Program-made: the position numbers and the translations under genes | The notes under the pieces: generated by a model | Databases searched by the model: none | Seen by the model: the letters and a program-made list of their open reading frames with translations, nothing else | What the model was told of the DNA's origin: nothing | From: an uncultured Verrucomicrobiae bacterium | Lineage (GTDB): Bacteria > Verrucomicrobiota > Verrucomicrobiia > Chthoniobacterales > UBA10450 | Assembly (NCBI GenBank): GCA_963824795.1 | Contig: CAWGQU010000010.1 | Location: 1,215 to 65,214 of the forward strand | Length of the DNA: 64,000 bases | Direction: 5' to 3' | In this document: positions 49,132 to 60,349 of the stretch, in pieces | How the letters are laid out: each line of letters begins with the position of its first letter | Numbering within the stretch: position 1 is the first letter of the stretch

Positions 49132-50007
49132 TCAATGATGGCCGGTCATTGCACCCAGCGCGCCAAACATTAATGCGAGGAGAAAACCACCGCCGCAGCA
49201 AACAATCACCGGCAGCACTATTGCCAATACCGCCCGGCCCACATCGGTCTCATGCGCGCGAGCCAAGCCGATGCATTCCACTATAAGTCCCCAAATGCCG
49301 GAAATCAGGCCGCCACAAAATGGAACGATGAGTAGCGGCTGCGTGGAGCCGCAGGCAAAACAGACAACGCGAAATGTCGTTTCGTAGGATCTCTTCGCGC
49401 CGCCCACCAGCATAAGACAGACATGGATGATGCCCGCGCCAATGAAAGTCCACACGGCAATAAAAAACGGCGCGAGAATGATCATGAAAACCATTCCGAT
49501 TCCCGCACCGAACATCGCGCCGAGCGGATTGCTTCGGCTGCCCATCATGCCGAACGACCCAAGCGCAAGGGTGAGGAGAAGATAAACGATGATGCCGACG
49601 CTGCCGCCAACCACGGCGTAAATGAGTGGATCGATGAAATTGCCTTCCGTCCGCATCATCTGAAACGCTTCAACAGGCTTCGTCAAAACCAGGACCATGG
49701 TGTCGGTGAAAGCTTTCACAAACCCGAGTTGTCCCCGGTTTTCCCACGGCAAACCGGTTCGAGCAACGCCAGGGGCAGGCGCGAGTACTTCGCCACCGGG
49801 CGCAACGGTAGGTCCTGCTCCTGACGGCGGAGCTCCGATAGCTTCGGCGAATTCCGGAAATTGCGCGAGCGTTTGCCAGCTTGTCATTCCTTCGCGCCAC
49901 CCCAGATCCGTTGGTGCGAAACGACCGGTGCGCAGGCCGGCTCGAACATCTTCCTCCGAAAAAATGCCCAGGCTGGTGGCGCCACGATTTACATTGATCA
50001 TCGCCAT
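49132..50007 (-). CDS. GYF_2 (DUF4339) domain fused to a Yip1-type membrane domain
   Basis: N-terminal GIFSEEDVRAGLRTGRFAPTDLGWREGMTSWQTLAQFPEF, a Gly/Pro linker, then 5 TM helices. The start is ambiguous (50007/50001/50046). Confidence 0.7.
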   Translation of the reverse strand: MAMINVNRGATSLGIFSEEDVRAGLRTGRFAPTDLGWREGMTSWQTLAQFPEFAEAIGAPPSGAGPTVAPGGEVLAPAPGVARTGLPWENRGQLGFVKAFTDTMVLVLTKPVEAFQMMRTEGNFIDPLIYAVVGGSVGIIVYLLLTLALGSFGMMGSRSNPLGAMFGAGIGMVFMIILAPFFIAVWTFIGAGIIHVCLMLVGGAKRSYETTFRVVCFACGSTQPLLIVPFCGGLISGIWGLIVECIGLARAHETDVGRAVLAIVLPVIVCCGGGFLLALMFGALGAMTGHH

Positions 50008-50079
50008 AATGCTGACGTTTTTAAGGAAGCCTTCGCGGGAAGTCAACCGTTGTAGAGCCGCGTGGCCGGATCCTTAGGC

Positions 50080-50159
50080 CGTCATCCTAAGCGAAGCGAA
50101 GGACCTCACGAATGTCTTGCCCGAGAATGCGAGGTCCCTCGCTTACGCTCGGGATGACC
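50080..50159. repeat. Family-B palindromic element, copy 8
   Basis: CGTCATCCTAAGCGAAGCGAAGGACCTCACG ... GCGAGGTCCCTCGCTTACGCTCGGGATGACC. Confidence 0.85.
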
Positions 50160-50164
50160 GCGCT

Positions 50165-50797
50165 TCAGTCAACGCGATTTGGTGTCTCGACTTTCTCGAG
50201 CGCGCGCCAGAAATACCACGCGGCGACGGAGCGATAAGGACGGAATTTTTCTCCGAGCCGCAATAACTGTTTTGGCGTCGGCAATTTTCTGCGACCAAAA
50301 GTTTTCGCGAAACCTTTCTGCACGCCGTAATCCGACACCGGCCAGACATCCAATCGGCCGAGATCGAAAAGAAGCAGCATCTCTACGGTCCATCTTCCGA
50401 TCCCGCGTACGGTCGTCAGCCGCTCGATGATTTCTTCGTCGCTCATCTTCGCCAGAGCGCGTCCGGTCGGCACGGTGCCGTCGAGAGTTTTCGCGGCCAG
50501 ATCTTTCAAGGCGCGCGTTTTGGAACCGGAGAGACCCGCGGAGCGAAATGTTTCGTCGGGCGTGGCCAGAATCAATTTTGGATCGAGCCACTTTCGTCGC
50601 GGATAAAGGGCTTTGACGCGTCCCCAGATCGTCGCCGCGGCTTTACCGCTCAACTGCTGGTAAGCGATTGATTCCGCCAAAGCATCGAATGGCCTAACGA
50701 GTGGTGCGATGTTTTTCTCAAAGCGCCGCGCGCGCGCGATTAATTCCGCCATGCGCGGATCGGTCTTGGCGAGATGTTGTTCCGGTCTCAACGGCAT
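50165..50797 (-). CDS. DNA-3-methyladenine glycosylase II family (AlkA-like HhH-GPD)
   Basis: LTTVRGIGRWTVEMLLLF HhH motif and a catalytic Asp context (WPVSDYGV). Confidence 0.8.
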   Translation of the reverse strand: MPLRPEQHLAKTDPRMAELIARARRFEKNIAPLVRPFDALAESIAYQQLSGKAAATIWGRVKALYPRRKWLDPKLILATPDETFRSAGLSGSKTRALKDLAAKTLDGTVPTGRALAKMSDEEIIERLTTVRGIGRWTVEMLLLFDLGRLDVWPVSDYGVQKGFAKTFGRRKLPTPKQLLRLGEKFRPYRSVAAWYFWRALEKVETPNRVD

Positions 50798-50850
50798 GAT
50801 GGCGGGACGTTAAGCGCGAAGGAAACAACGTCGCAAGCTGGTTCTGGATT

Positions 50851-50949
50851 CTGGGGAGCGCACGGGCCTCGCGTGCTCATTTCGGCGCCTCGCCGAAATG
50901 CGAGTTTACGGAGAGTTTGCGATGGCGCGTGCGCACGTGCGCTCCCCAG
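50851..50949. repeat. Family-A nested-palindrome element, copy 3 (shorter)
   Basis: CTGGGGAGCGCACGGGCCTCGCGTGC ... GCGCACGTGCGCTCCCCAG with the inner TTTCGGCGCCTCGCCGAAA hairpin. Confidence 0.85.
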
Positions 50950-51023
50950 AGTGAAGATGCTGACGTTTAACAAATCCACTTTGTGCAGTTGGAACGAATG
51001 AGCTAGACGTTCCACGCACTAGT

Positions 51024-51935
51024 ATGAAGAACCAACTCCGTTTGCTCTCACTCCTCAGCGCGCTTTCCTTCGTTGCGACCGTTTGGGGCGGGCCAGAGGA
51101 GCGATATGTCGAGGCAACGACGCAGCAGAGCGATAAAAAGGTCTCGCTCGATATCTTCAAGCTCGAGAGCGGTTACGTTTTCGAGAGCGACCTCAATCAC
51201 GGCGGAAGTTTTGGCAAACAGGATTCGTTGCAAACCGAATTCGAATACGCGCACCGGTTTTTGCTTACCGGCCATTGGTACTTGCGGGCGGGATTTTCCT
51301 ATGACCGTTACGATTTCGGAAATACGAGCGCTCCCGTTCCCGTTCACCTCCAAGCCGCCGCCGGGATCATCGGGATCGATTACATGCATAACGATGATGT
51401 TGGCGCATTCTTGTGGTTCAAACCCGGCATTTACACGGAAGAGCACATCGGGATTTCCTCTTTCGATGTGCCCATCACCGCCGGCCGGATTTTCAAATTG
51501 CAGGATGACAAACTTTATCTTCTCGTCGGCGCGCAATCATCATTTCTACGCGGTGGTTATCCAGTGTTTCCTTTTGCAGGCATCATCTGGATTCCGTGTG
51601 ACAAATGGCGACTGATGATGGTCCCGCCCGAGCCGCGCTTGATTTATTCGCCGACGAAGCAACTCGACATCTGGTTCGGCGGCGAGATCGCCGGCGGGTC
51701 ATTTCGCACCGATGATCATCAGGACATTCGTCCGATTAAGTTGAGCGGCGCACAGGTGGATTATGAAGATTACCGCGCTGGTATTGGCGTAAAGTATAGG
51801 CCGACCAACGGCTTCACGGTCGATCTCGGCGCCGGCTGCTCGATTGAGCGCGGATTCAAATTCCATCGCGCAGGCGAGAATTATCGCACTGATCCCGCTC
51901 CGTATCTGAAGCTTGAATTCAAGGCGAAGTTCTAG
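51024..51935 (+). CDS. Predicted outer-membrane beta-barrel protein (module 1)
   Basis: Signal peptide, alternating-hydrophobic strands and a C-terminal ...LKLEFKAKF ending in Phe. Paralog of 61406..62356. Confidence 0.6.
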   Translation: MKNQLRLLSLLSALSFVATVWGGPEERYVEATTQQSDKKVSLDIFKLESGYVFESDLNHGGSFGKQDSLQTEFEYAHRFLLTGHWYLRAGFSYDRYDFGNTSAPVPVHLQAAAGIIGIDYMHNDDVGAFLWFKPGIYTEEHIGISSFDVPITAGRIFKLQDDKLYLLVGAQSSFLRGGYPVFPFAGIIWIPCDKWRLMMVPPEPRLIYSPTKQLDIWFGGEIAGGSFRTDDHQDIRPIKLSGAQVDYEDYRAGIGVKYRPTNGFTVDLGAGCSIERGFKFHRAGENYRTDPAPYLKLEFKAKF

Positions 51936-51940
51936 ATCGT

Positions 51941-52015
51941 TGTAGCGCGGCGGTCTGTGACCGTCGTAATTCTTTCTCCCAGAATTAATGCGACGGTCGT
52001 AGACCGCCGCTACAG
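51941..52015. repeat. Family-C hairpin element, copy 1
   Basis: TGTAGCGCGGCGGTCTGTGACCGTCG ... CGACGGTCGTAGACCGCCGCTACAG. Confidence 0.85.
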
Positions 52016-52020
52016 ATAAA

Positions 52021-53082
52021 GTGATATCGCAACTACTACGCCGCCGGTTTCAAATTTTCGCGGTCGCATGCTTGCTCGGCAGCTCTTCCGCATCCGCCTT
52101 GGCCGGCGGCATCGAGCAGATCAGGCCGATCTCGAATTTGCCCGAGATCGATCTGACCAAACTCGAACAAGGCGAAGTTCTCGGCGTTCGTGGACCGAAT
52201 GGAAATTTTCCGCGCGGAATCTACGCGGAGAGTTGTTACTTCATTCACGCAACCGTTCCCGTTGTCGGCGCAAAGTTGTTGCACTGGAATTCGGCAAAAC
52301 ATCCCGAGCTGGAGATTTCAGCATTGCGGGAATTCCGTTGGCCGGCGCCGGCTAACGCCTGGGATGCGCTGGCGCTGAAATCTTCACGGCGCGAGGACCA
52401 GTGGCTCACGGACCGCACGTGGCAGTTGCGGTCGGTCGCGGACGCAAAAACCGATCTGCACGTCTCGAGTGCTGACATTGCTTCTTTCCAGGAGATGGCC
52501 CGACGTGTGCCGCAAAATCCCTCAACACAACAGCGCGATGGAATTGTGAATGCCTTTTGGCGAAAATTATTGCGTTCGCGTGATGATGCTCTCGCCCACG
52601 GCGGCCTTGCCGCGGTGCCTTCCTATTCAGCCGACGGCGTTGAAATCGCGGCGCGGCCAGAGCTCGACTCGTTGCTGCGACAGACGCCGAAAATCGCTGC
52701 GCATTTTCGCGCGCTAACTGGCAGCGCACCCTTCAAGCCTGGTCCCGGCGCAAATGTAGAGATCGTTCCCTATTGGCAAGCGGCGCGCGCGCGGGGTCAT
52801 ACTAATTTACACGCTGCGTTTTTTGTTGGCCGCAAAGGAACATCGTCATGGCAACTGGCCGATTGCACTTACTACGTCTCCGATACCTACTTCATGTCGA
52901 TCACGCTTTACGAATTGTTTCCACAGGATAAAGGGACACTCGTTTGGCAAATCGATTTTGCGTCCGCGCCATTCCGTTCGTTCACCGGCGGGCTGGATCG
53001 GCTTTTCGCGGGTGGCGAAATGGTCAAAGAGGCGGCGAGAGCGGCGAAGCTTTTCCGAGGAGACGTCCAAAAGAATGAATAG
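52021..53082 (+). CDS. Secreted protein of unknown function (module 1 partner, here called X)
   Basis: 353 aa with a GTG start and a signal peptide. Paralog of 60350..61391. Confidence 0.65.
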   Translation: MISQLLRRRFQIFAVACLLGSSSASALAGGIEQIRPISNLPEIDLTKLEQGEVLGVRGPNGNFPRGIYAESCYFIHATVPVVGAKLLHWNSAKHPELEISALREFRWPAPANAWDALALKSSRREDQWLTDRTWQLRSVADAKTDLHVSSADIASFQEMARRVPQNPSTQQRDGIVNAFWRKLLRSRDDALAHGGLAAVPSYSADGVEIAARPELDSLLRQTPKIAAHFRALTGSAPFKPGPGANVEIVPYWQAARARGHTNLHAAFFVGRKGTSSWQLADCTYYVSDTYFMSITLYELFPQDKGTLVWQIDFASAPFRSFTGGLDRLFAGGEMVKEAARAAKLFRGDVQKNE

Positions 53083-53163
53083 CGTTCTCGGAGAGCCTGA
53101 AGGCAACATCCGTTCATTGCGCCTAACGAATGGTAGAATTTGCTCTTGCGCGGACGGCAAGAA

Positions 53164-53230
53164 ATCAAGGAGCGGCGCTTTTTAAGCGCCGTTATTTTAG
53201 TTCGGCGGTTGAAAACCGCCGCTCCTTGAT
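53164..53230. terminator. Compound palindrome between convergent X and aceK
   Basis: Outer stem ATCAAGGAGCGGCG/CGCCGCTCCTTGAT encloses two inner hairpins (GGCGCTTTTTAAGCGCC, CGGCGGTTGAAAACCGCCG). Confidence 0.55.
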
Positions 53231-53250
53231 GGCAACATTTTTTGCTGCGC

Positions 53251-55026
53251 CTAACGGATATTCGTTAGTCTTCGGTCTTCGCCATACGGGAATACTTCAA
53301 GAATTTCTCCAGCCCGGAGTTTTCCCTGCAGTTCGCGCCAAAAATCCGCAGCGAACAAATCGGCGTGCTGCTCGAACAATGCCGTGCGCGCGGACTCCGG
53401 AAGCCCGAGGAAGCGTGGAAACTCTTCAGGAAAAATATCGTTGTCGCGCACGGAGAACCACGGCTCGGCCGACATTTCTTCCTCGTATGTCGTCGCCTGC
53501 GGGAGATCGCGAAAATTACAATCGGTCAGGAATGTCAATTCATCGTAGTCGTAAAAGACAACGCGATCGTGCCGCGTAACGCCAAAATTTTTCGTCAACA
53601 GATCGCCCGGAAAAATGTTTGAGGCGGCAAGGTCCTTGATTGACTGGCCATAATCGCGTCCGGCTTTCGCCTGCGCGCAGGATTCGTGTTCTGCGAAGAA
53701 AAGATTCAGGGGACGAACGCGGCGCTCCACATAGGCCTGCCCGATAACCACATCGTCACCATCTAATCGCACGGTCGCAGCCGCATTTTGACGCATGTCT
53801 TCGAGCAGCGCCGGTTCAAATCGATTTCGCGCAATGCGCAAATGTTCGAACTCGTGCGCTTCAACGAGGCGTCCACCGCGATCGTGCTCGAAAACGAGAC
53901 GATATCTCCGCATCACATCGGCTCGGCTCGCATCTTTCGGATAATCGAAGCGATCCTTGATCAGTTTGAAAACGACATCGTAGCTCGGCAACGTGAAGAC
54001 GAGCATCACCATTCCGGGAGTGCCTTCCGCGATGGCAAAACGGTCATTCGAATTTTTGAGGTGCGCGACGAAGTTCCGGTAGAACTCGGTCTTGCCGTGT
54101 CGCGGATGACCGATGGAATTGTAGAGATCGTTCAGGCGTTTGCGCGGCATGAGCAAACGCAGATAACGCACGAGATCGTAAGGACGCCTCGATTCGACGC
54201 GAAAGTAAGCGCGCGTAAAGGAGAACAGAATGGCGAGATCATTTTCGCCGATAAGGATGGCGTCGAGTGCGACGCCCTCGTCATTTTCGTGACGTAAACA
54301 AAATGCCACTGCCAGGGGTTCGTCTTCGTTGCGAAAAACCCGGCCAACCAAATACGCTCCGCGACCGCGATAGAATGCACTGCCGATCATCTCGAGCTTC
54401 CAATTCGAAGCGGGCATTGAATCGGTTGGCGTAAATGCAGCTTGAATGCGCAGCGCGCCCAGCCGCGTTGCTTCGGAAAGATTGCGCCAGCATTTCTCCT
54501 CAAAACCGCCGCCTTCCGCATCCGTCGCCATTTGCCTGAGCAGCTCCGGCAACGAATTGCCGGAATAACGCCGTTGAACATCCGTCCGCGCACTCGTCGG
54601 AGGCGCATCGAAGTCGGTATCCACAAACTCGATCGATTGATCGACGCCTTCAGTGGCAAAAACGCGACGCGTCAGTGAATTAAAAAAGCTCTCCGCGATT
54701 TCCCATTCCGAAGAATCCGCGATGAGCGAAGAATAGACTGCCTTGATCGCAGCCCACACGCTTCGATCGGAGAGACGCTCGCCCATAAGATCTCTGATCC
54801 GACTCGTAAGACCATCGAGCACCGCGCTGTAAAGTTTGAGGCGCTCTGTCGCATCGGCATACGATTCGACCCATGCGCGGGCGAGAAAGCGTGCGCGCGC
54901 GCGTCGCGTGATTTGGTGAAAGCGTTCCTGGTAATCGAGAAATGACTGGCGCGCAGTTTGCGCGCAGAGCGCAGCGAGACGGCTGTCGGTTAGCGCTGCG
55001 GCGGAGGATGAAGCGGATTCGTCCAC
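53251..55026 (-). CDS. aceK: Isocitrate dehydrogenase kinase/phosphatase
   Basis: 591 aa with AceK-specific blocks (FPGDLLTKNFGVTRHDRVVFYDYDE). GTG start. Confidence 0.9.
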   Translation of the reverse strand: MDESASSSAAALTDSRLAALCAQTARQSFLDYQERFHQITRRARARFLARAWVESYADATERLKLYSAVLDGLTSRIRDLMGERLSDRSVWAAIKAVYSSLIADSSEWEIAESFFNSLTRRVFATEGVDQSIEFVDTDFDAPPTSARTDVQRRYSGNSLPELLRQMATDAEGGGFEEKCWRNLSEATRLGALRIQAAFTPTDSMPASNWKLEMIGSAFYRGRGAYLVGRVFRNEDEPLAVAFCLRHENDEGVALDAILIGENDLAILFSFTRAYFRVESRRPYDLVRYLRLLMPRKRLNDLYNSIGHPRHGKTEFYRNFVAHLKNSNDRFAIAEGTPGMVMLVFTLPSYDVVFKLIKDRFDYPKDASRADVMRRYRLVFEHDRGGRLVEAHEFEHLRIARNRFEPALLEDMRQNAAATVRLDGDDVVIGQAYVERRVRPLNLFFAEHESCAQAKAGRDYGQSIKDLAASNIFPGDLLTKNFGVTRHDRVVFYDYDELTFLTDCNFRDLPQATTYEEEMSAEPWFSVRDNDIFPEEFPRFLGLPESARTALFEQHADLFAADFWRELQGKLRAGEILEVFPYGEDRRLTNIR

Positions 55027-55102
55027 AGATTACACAGATTTACACAGATTAGCCGGCGAAGATGTAGTTTCAGAAAATCTGTGAAAATCGGCGAAATCTG
55101 TG
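55024..55102 (-). promoter_or_regulatory. aceA-aceK spacer with five CACAGAT/ATCTGTG heptamers (three tandem, two inverted), one overlapping the aceK start codon
   Basis: On the + strand, CACAGAT starts at about 55024, 55033 and 55043. ATCTGTG starts at about 55077 and 55096. Confidence 0.5.
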
Positions 55103-55119
55103 GAGCAATTTCGTCTGGC

Positions 55120-56368
55120 TTAATGAAACTGTTCCTCTTCGGTGGAACCGTGTAACGCCGTGGTCGAAGATTGTCCGGCTGCGATTACCTGCGCGACATC
55201 GTCGAAATAGCCGGTGCCGACTTCGTGTTGATGTTTTGTCGCGGTGTAGCCTAACGACTCAGCGGCGAATTCGGCTTCCTGCAATTCGGAATACGCTTCC
55301 ATCCCGCGATCCCGATATCCGCACGCGAGGTTGAACATGCTGTAATTGAGCGCGTGAAATCCCGCAAGCGTGACGAATTGGAACTTGTATCCCATGGCGC
55401 CGAGCTCCCGCTGAAATTTTGCGATCGTCGCGCTATCGAGTTTTTTCTTCCAATTGAATGAGGGCGAACAATTGTAGGCCAAAAGTTTGTCGGGAAATTG
55501 CGCATGGAGGCTATCGGCAAATTTCTTTGCCTCGTCGATATTCGGCGCCGCCGTCTCACACCAAATCATGTCCGCGATGGGTGCGTAACTGAGCCCGCGC
55601 GCAATCGCCTGATCGATTCCCGCGCGCACGCGATGAAATCCTTCCGGTGTTCGCTCGCCGGTGAGAAAAACGCGGTCGCGTTCGTCCGCATCAGTCGTTA
55701 GGAGCGCAGCCGCGTTTGCGTCGGTCCGCGCAAGAATAACAGTCGGAACATTGCTGACATCGGCGGCAAGCCGCGCCGCGGTCAAATGTGCCAGGGCGGT
55801 TCGCGTGGGGACAAGAACCTTGCCGCCCATGTGTCCGCACTTTTTTTCACTCGCAAGTTGATCTTCGAGATGCACGGCAGCAGCGCCGGCCTCGATCATC
55901 GCTTTCACTAATTCGAAGACGTTGAGCGGTCCGCCAAAGCCTGCTTCGGCATCCGCAACGATGGGAACGAACCAATCGATTTTGTTTTGGCCTTCGGAAT
56001 GGTCGATCTGGTCGGCGCGTTGCAACGCCTGATTGATTCGCTTCACCACCGCCGGGACGCTGTTCGCCGGATACAAACTTTGATCCGGATACATGTGGCC
56101 CGAGAGATTTGCATCCGCAGCGATCTGCCAGCCGCTAACGTAAATCGCCTTCAAACCGGCCTTCACTTGCTGAACCGCCTGATTGCCGGTGAGCGCGCCC
56201 AGCGCATTGATGAACGGCTCGGTTTGCAAAGATTGCCAGAGTTTCTCTGCGCCTCGACGCGCGAGGGTGTGCTCGACCACGACGCTGCCGCGCAATCTCT
56301 CGACATCGCCTAACGAGTAATTGCGCACCACGCCATTCCATCGCGGATTGTTGTCCCAATTCGAGGTG

Positions 56369-56385
<17 letters not shown>
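55120..56385 (-). CDS. aceA: Isocitrate lyase
   Basis: KKCGHMGGK active-site motif. 421 aa. Confidence 0.95.
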
Positions 56386-57974
<1,589 letters not shown>

Positions 57975-57997
57975 AAGTTGCGTGTCGCGTCACAAGT

Positions 57998-58112
57998 CTG
58001 GGGAGCGCACGCGCCTCGCGTGCCGATTGCGGCGCCTCGCCGCAATCCTACAGATGAGAAGACCGTCGCGCGAGGGCGCACGACTGAGCACGCGAGGCGC
58101 GTGCGCTCCCCA
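57998..58112. repeat. Family-A nested-palindrome element, copy 4
   Basis: CTGGGGAGCGCACGCGCCTCGCGTGC-CGATTGCGGCGCCTCGCCGCAAT ... GCACGCGAGGCGCGTGCGCTCCCCA. Confidence 0.9.
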
Positions 58113-58147
58113 CAAGTCAATATTCGATGCTGGGCAGTTGCATGTGG

Positions 58148-59335
58148 TCACTGTTCAATTCGTTTCAAAAGAAATGCGGCTCCGACAAAAGTGATTAACA
58201 CGCCGAAACAGAGCGCGGCGAGATCAATCGTGAGATAAGAAAAATCGGCGCGATACAAATTCACGAGGCGGAAAGCGCGGCAAAAGTGAGTGAGGGGAAA
58301 CAGTTCGGCAAAGTAGCGGATCAATTTGGGAAGCTGATTTAACGGCGCGAATGCACCGGAAAGAACGAAGACAGGCAGAAGAAAGAAAACGGAAAATTGA
58401 ATGGCCTGCGTTTGCGTGCGGGAAAAGGCCGAGATGAGAAGGCCCAGGCCTAACGAGCACAGCAGAAACAGCAGGCAGATGACCCCAAGAATCGTGTGCT
58501 GGTGAAACTTGACGTGAAAATGCCAGCCCATCAGGAGGATGATCATGAGAATGAGGAGAATGGAGATCGCGAGGTAGGGCAGGATTTTTCCGATCACGAT
58601 TTCGCTGCGACGTAACGAAGTGACCATTAATTGATACAGCGTTCCCGATTCGCGCTCGCGCGCGATCGTGCACGCCATCAGTGTGACGGTAAGCAATTGC
58701 AGAATCAGGCCGATAACGCCCGGCGTGACGTATTCGATGAAACGAGATTTCGGATTGTAAAGAACCTTGGATTTTACCGTCCACGGCGTCATGGCAGAGA
58801 CAAATTGTTTGCGGATTTTTTCCGGAAGTTTCTTGGCCAGATCGAAAACTTCTTCCGGTAGCTCGTCGATCATGACCTGGCGCTCGTCCATTTGGAATTT
58901 GCCCAGCGTCTCCTGCAGACTTCCTTCCAATTGTTGTGCGGTGTTGGTGTCCGCGCCGTCGAGGTAAAGAGGCATCGGTTTCGGATCGCCTTTGTCCAGA
59001 CTTGCGCTCCAACCGGGCGGGACGATCAAGGCCGCTTTCACACCTTTTCCAAGCAGATCGGTCTCGCCTCCGACCTGCGGCGATTGCAGGCGCCAGGCAA
59101 AAGTCTTATCCGTCAGGGCAAGATCGACGAAGCGCTGACTGCGCGGCGTTTTATCGGCATTAATCAAGAGCGCCGGAACATTGGTGAGATCGCCGATCTC
59201 GAAAGCATGGCCGAAGATTAATGTGAAGACCGGCGGCAAAATCAGCAAAAGAACAAGAACGCGGCGATCGCGATAAATGTGCAGGAACTCTTTGTAGGCT
59301 ACGCTCCCGATTGCGCCTAACGAGGGTATTCTCAT
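58148..59335 (-). CDS. ABC-2 type transporter permease
   Basis: The N-terminal TM helix is separated from 5 C-terminal TM helices by a large loop. ATG at 59335 overlaps the ATPase stop (ATGA). Confidence 0.8.
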   Translation of the reverse strand: MRIPSLGAIGSVAYKEFLHIYRDRRVLVLLLILPPVFTLIFGHAFEIGDLTNVPALLINADKTPRSQRFVDLALTDKTFAWRLQSPQVGGETDLLGKGVKAALIVPPGWSASLDKGDPKPMPLYLDGADTNTAQQLEGSLQETLGKFQMDERQVMIDELPEEVFDLAKKLPEKIRKQFVSAMTPWTVKSKVLYNPKSRFIEYVTPGVIGLILQLLTVTLMACTIARERESGTLYQLMVTSLRRSEIVIGKILPYLAISILLILMIILLMGWHFHVKFHQHTILGVICLLFLLCSLGLGLLISAFSRTQTQAIQFSVFFLLPVFVLSGAFAPLNQLPKLIRYFAELFPLTHFCRAFRLVNLYRADFSYLTIDLAALCFGVLITFVGAAFLLKRIEQ

Positions 59336-60282
59336 TGCGGTAACGGTTTGAGTAAAGTGGTGTAGCCCTGCGAATAGGCGGTGAAAACGTCCTCCATATC
59401 GGCTTCGACCCAGCGTTCGCCGAGCCATTTGATATTGGGACACGGCCAATGTTGTTTCCAATGGGCGAGCAATTTTTCGGGCTCGGCGGCATAAAGGCGC
59501 AGGCTTCCACTGCGCAGCGAAACGCCGAGAATATTCGGCTCCTCCCGCAGCCTAACGAGCGCTTCCATGACCGGCTCCGCGTCGATTTCCAAAAGTTTCG
59601 TGTTGAAACTTTCTTTCAATGCGCGCGGCGAAGCTTTCGCGAGCAGATGTCCGCGCTCAATAAAACCAACTTCGGTGCAACGTTCCGCTTCATCCATATA
59701 ATGCGTTGTGACAAAGATAGTGATTCCGTCGTGGCTCAAGTCGTAGAGTAAATCCCACATCTGCTGCCGATGCACCGGATCGAGTCCCGAGGTTGGTTCA
59801 TCGAGAAAAAGTAGCGGCGGATTGTGCACGAGCGCGCAACCGAGCGCGAGCAGTTGGCGCATGCCGCCGGAAAGAGTGCCAGCTGGCGTGTCGCGATTTG
59901 CTTCCAGATCGGTCAAGCGCAGCAGATTGTTGATTCGCTTTTCCAGTTCCCCGCGCGGCACGCGGCACGCGCCACCAAAGAAACGCATGTTTTCGAGGAC
60001 GGTAAGATCTGGATATAAACTGAAACGTTGCGCGACATAACCGAACTTCGTCCGCACGTCGCGGCGTTGTTTCCAAACATCCTTGCCGGCGACTGTCGCT
60101 TTGCCTCGCGTGGGACTGGTCAACCCGCAAAGCATTCGCATTGTCGTCGTCTTGCCTGCGCCGTTAGCTCCGAGAAAACCAAAGATGGCGCCAGAATCGA
60201 TAGAAAACGAGAGGTCTTCGACCGCGTGTACGTGGCCGTAGAACTTCGATAATCGATCGAGCACTATGACGGGTTCACTCAT
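59332..60282 (-). CDS. ABC transporter ATP-binding protein
   Basis: Walker A GANGAGKTTT, signature LSGGMRQ and Walker B LLFLDEP. The start at 60282 is preferred. Confidence 0.9.
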   Translation of the reverse strand: MSEPVIVLDRLSKFYGHVHAVEDLSFSIDSGAIFGFLGANGAGKTTTMRMLCGLTSPTRGKATVAGKDVWKQRRDVRTKFGYVAQRFSLYPDLTVLENMRFFGGACRVPRGELEKRINNLLRLTDLEANRDTPAGTLSGGMRQLLALGCALVHNPPLLFLDEPTSGLDPVHRQQMWDLLYDLSHDGITIFVTTHYMDEAERCTEVGFIERGHLLAKASPRALKESFNTKLLEIDAEPVMEALVRLREEPNILGVSLRSGSLRLYAAEPEKLLAHWKQHWPCPNIKWLGERWVEADMEDVFTAYSQGYTTLLKPLPQ

Positions 60283-60349
60283 GAGAAATACTTGTTCGTT
60301 AGCGGAGTTTGCAACGGAAGCACTATGGGATAGATGTGGTTTCTTCAAA

